NCBI GenBank assembly: GCA_947472655.1
Contig: CANJCG010000003.1
Location: 1-37,793 of the forward strand
DNA length: 37,793 nucleotides
DNA from: Actinomycetota bacterium
GTDB taxonomy: Bacteria > Actinomycetota > Actinomycetes > S36-B12
Direction of reading: 5' to 3'
The translations under genes and the position numbers were made by a program. The notes below the pieces were generated by a model that was not told the origin of the DNA, ran no database searches, and saw only the letters and a list, made by a program, of their open reading frames with translations. Each line of letters starts with the position of its first letter. Within the stretch, counting starts at the first letter, position 1. Positions 35,576 through 37,793 of the stretch are shown piece after piece.

Positions 35576-37441
35576 ATGGATCTGCAACCTGATGCCCTCG
35601 TCGGCCAAATGGTTGATGGTCGCTATCTCGTGCAAGCCAAACTCGCCCGTGGGGGCATGGCCACCGTCTATGAAGCACTCGATGTGCGCCTTGATCGCAT
35701 CGTTGCCTTGAAAGTGATGCACCGCCATCTGGCTGATGATCCTGACTTCGTGGCCCGCTTTCAGCGTGAGGCTCGATCTGCCGCCCGCCTAGCCCACCCT
35801 CACGTCGTCGGCGTCTTTGACCAAGGAGCCGCTGACGGTTTGGTCTACCTAGCGATGGAGTACGTGCCAGGCCGCACCCTGCGAGACATTATGCGCGAGT
35901 TTGGGCCACTCACACCCGAACAAGCTCTCGTCATGCTCGATCCCATCTTGGAAGGCCTTGCGGCGGCTCATGCTGCAGGCTTCGTGCACCGAGATATCAA
36001 ACCCGAAAACGTGCTGGTATCTGATGATGGACGAGTCAAGGTTGCCGACTTTGGGCTAGCGCGTGCAGTCGCAACTTCGAATTCGAGCGCGACCCAAGGC
36101 GTGTTAATCGGGACAGTTGCTTATCTTTCACCAGAACAAGTTGAACGCGGTGAAGCCGATGAGCGTTCCGATATTTATGCAGCCGGAATCTTGCTGTTTG
36201 AGATGGTCACGGGTCAAGTCCCCCATGCGGGCGATAGTCCACTGGCCATCGCTTACCAACATGTAAATCAGGACGTGCCGACACCGTCTTCAATTCTGGC
36301 TGGAATTCCAGCCGATGTTGATGCACTCGTCATCACGTCAACGCGCCGCAACGCCGGTCAGCGATATCAGCACACAACCGATTTTCTGGCGGACGTTCGC
36401 CGAGTGCGCCAAGTTCTTCCCGCACCACGCCCGTTCACCGAGACGCGAGCCACCTTGGTGGTTGATGCGAACACATCTGCACGATTGGCTGCTGGAGCAC
36501 CCAATACTCAGCGTTCAAACGCTTCAGCCCTTTTTGCTAGGCCGGCAAGAAAGCCCTCGCGCGCGCTCATAAAAATCGCGCTCGCGGCCACGGCCGTAGT
36601 TATTGCGATCGTTGCTGGCTTGTTTGTAGCTAACGCCTTTGGGAATAAAGTTCCTATGCCAAATGTTGTTGGCCTCAACATCGAAGCGGCTCGCACAACT
36701 CTGGCTACAACCGGATTGAGTCTCGAAGTTGGATCCGAGCAATTCAGTGAGACTGCTCCTGCCACTACAGTGCTGGCCACAGATCCGGCAGCAGGTAGCG
36801 ACATTAAAGAGAACGGTTCGGTCTCTGCCACCGTCTCCAAGGGCCCTGAGCGCTACACGATTCCTGACATCAAGGGAAAAACACCATCACAGGCCACTGC
36901 TGCGTTGGCATCGATACCTGTCACGGTTGGTTCCCAAGCCCAGACTTTTGATAACACCGCGCCAACCGGAACGATCGCAGGAACTGACCCAGCCATTGGT
37001 TCGAGCGTTAAACGTGACACCGTGGTTAACCTATTAATTTCAAAGGGACCTGAGCCAGTCAGCGTTCCTATCGTTGTTGGAAAAAAACTTACTGGTGCAA
37101 CTGCAGCATTAAACGCAGTCGGTTTGAACCCCATCGTCACACAGGAGTTTTCTGAGACGATCGCCGAAGGTCGAGTTATTTCCGTTGCCCCAGCTTCGGG
37201 CACCACCGTAAACTCGGGAACAGATGTGCAGCTACTAGTTTCCGATGGTCCACCGCCTGTAGTCGTTCCGAAATTGATCGATTTGCGAAGAAACGAAGCA
37301 GTAGCAGCCTTGCGCAAAGTTGGGCTGAAGGTTCGAATAGTCGCTGGTCAGGCAACACCACTGAATCGCGTGTATTCACAAAACCCAGCTGCGGGAACGC
37401 AAATCCCTAAAGGCAGCACCGTCACGATTAGCGTGATTTAG
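35576..37441 (+). CDS. pknL: Ser/Thr protein kinase with TM helix and four PASTA domains (PknL-type)
   Basis: GRY...ARGGMATVY, ALKVMH, HRDIKPEN, VADFGLARA, GTVAYLSPEQ; four PASTA starts (VPMPNVVG, YTIPDIKG, VSVPIVVG, VVVPKLID); start ATG 35576; position near idsA/mptA-like genes matches PknL. Confidence 0.88.
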   Translation: MDLQPDALVGQMVDGRYLVQAKLARGGMATVYEALDVRLDRIVALKVMHRHLADDPDFVARFQREARSAARLAHPHVVGVFDQGAADGLVYLAMEYVPGRTLRDIMREFGPLTPEQALVMLDPILEGLAAAHAAGFVHRDIKPENVLVSDDGRVKVADFGLARAVATSNSSATQGVLIGTVAYLSPEQVERGEADERSDIYAAGILLFEMVTGQVPHAGDSPLAIAYQHVNQDVPTPSSILAGIPADVDALVITSTRRNAGQRYQHTTDFLADVRRVRQVLPAPRPFTETRATLVVDANTSARLAAGAPNTQRSNASALFARPARKPSRALIKIALAATAVVIAIVAGLFVANAFGNKVPMPNVVGLNIEAARTTLATTGLSLEVGSEQFSETAPATTVLATDPAAGSDIKENGSVSATVSKGPERYTIPDIKGKTPSQATAALASIPVTVGSQAQTFDNTAPTGTIAGTDPAIGSSVKRDTVVNLLISKGPEPVSVPIVVGKKLTGATAALNAVGLNPIVTQEFSETIAEGRVISVAPASGTTVNSGTDVQLLVSDGPPPVVVPKLIDLRRNEAVAALRKVGLKVRIVAGQATPLNRVYSQNPAAGTQIPKGSTVTISVI

Positions 37442-37793
37442 CTTCAAACTCCAGCAGGTCACTCTTCAGCTTCAACCCAAATTGGTAGCCACCAATGCCA
37501 TTACTCGCCACTATTCGGTGACACGGAACAAACAGAGCTACTTGATTACGCCCGCAGGCAGTGCCCACTGCTCGCGCTGCTCCTGGGGATTGCGCATTAA
37601 TGGCTAGCTCTCCGTACGAGGCAACCTCACCCGCAGGAATATCACGCATACATTCCCATACTCGAAGTTGAAACGGCGAGCCAAATTGCAAAACCGGAAT
37701 ATCTGTGAGGCAGTTAACCTCGCCGGCCAAATACCGACCAACGGCGGAACTGATTTCGTGCGGAATTCCTAACTGCTCACCCGGTACTCGATC
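37428..37793 (-). CDS. ogt: Methylated-DNA--protein-cysteine methyltransferase, 5' end outside the window
   Basis: FQLRVW, IPAGEVASYGELA, ARAVGTAC, active site PCHRIV; frame stays open to the window end. Confidence 0.92.
   Translation of the reverse strand, partial: DRVPGEQLGIPHEISSAVGRYLAGEVNCLTDIPVLQFGSPFQLRVWECMRDIPAGEVASYGELAINAQSPGAARAVGTACGRNQVALFVPCHRIVASNGIGGYQFGLKLKSDLLEFEAKSR

Overview
Chromosomal window from an actinobacterium (moderate GC; tight gene packing and probable leaderless starts suggest a streamlined, possibly freshwater lineage, which is inference). 1-14248 (minus strand) is the dcw cluster: mraZ-rsmH-ftsL-like-ftsI-murE-murF-mraY-murD-ftsW-murG-murC-ftsQ and the 5' end of ftsZ. 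It carries MraZ boxes, an mraW-type RNA motif and an unannotated 50-aa membrane micro-ORF coupled to rsmH. A secreted lipase and a DUF3040 gene follow. 16188-21695 (minus) is the most interesting part: a DNA-damage cassette of a SAV_6107-like HEPN gene, a DnaE2-like polymerase and an active DinB, with no imuA/imuB in the window. Its promoter has both a perfect LexA box and a PafBC-type motif, followed by a ~175-nt leader with alternative hairpins and an attenuator-like element before the polymerase. The right half holds an SDR, a UPF0114 membrane protein, a split carotenoid-glycoside pathway (cruF, GT2, crtD-like; crtE, crtI, mptA/B-like GT-C, crtB; crtYc/Yd), a K+/H+ antiporter, metF, a NadR-kinase-like ATPase, a PknL-type PASTA kinase and a partial ogt. 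I saw no rRNA, tRNA, CRISPR array or mobile element. Gene calls rest on recognised motifs and gene order; no database search was run.
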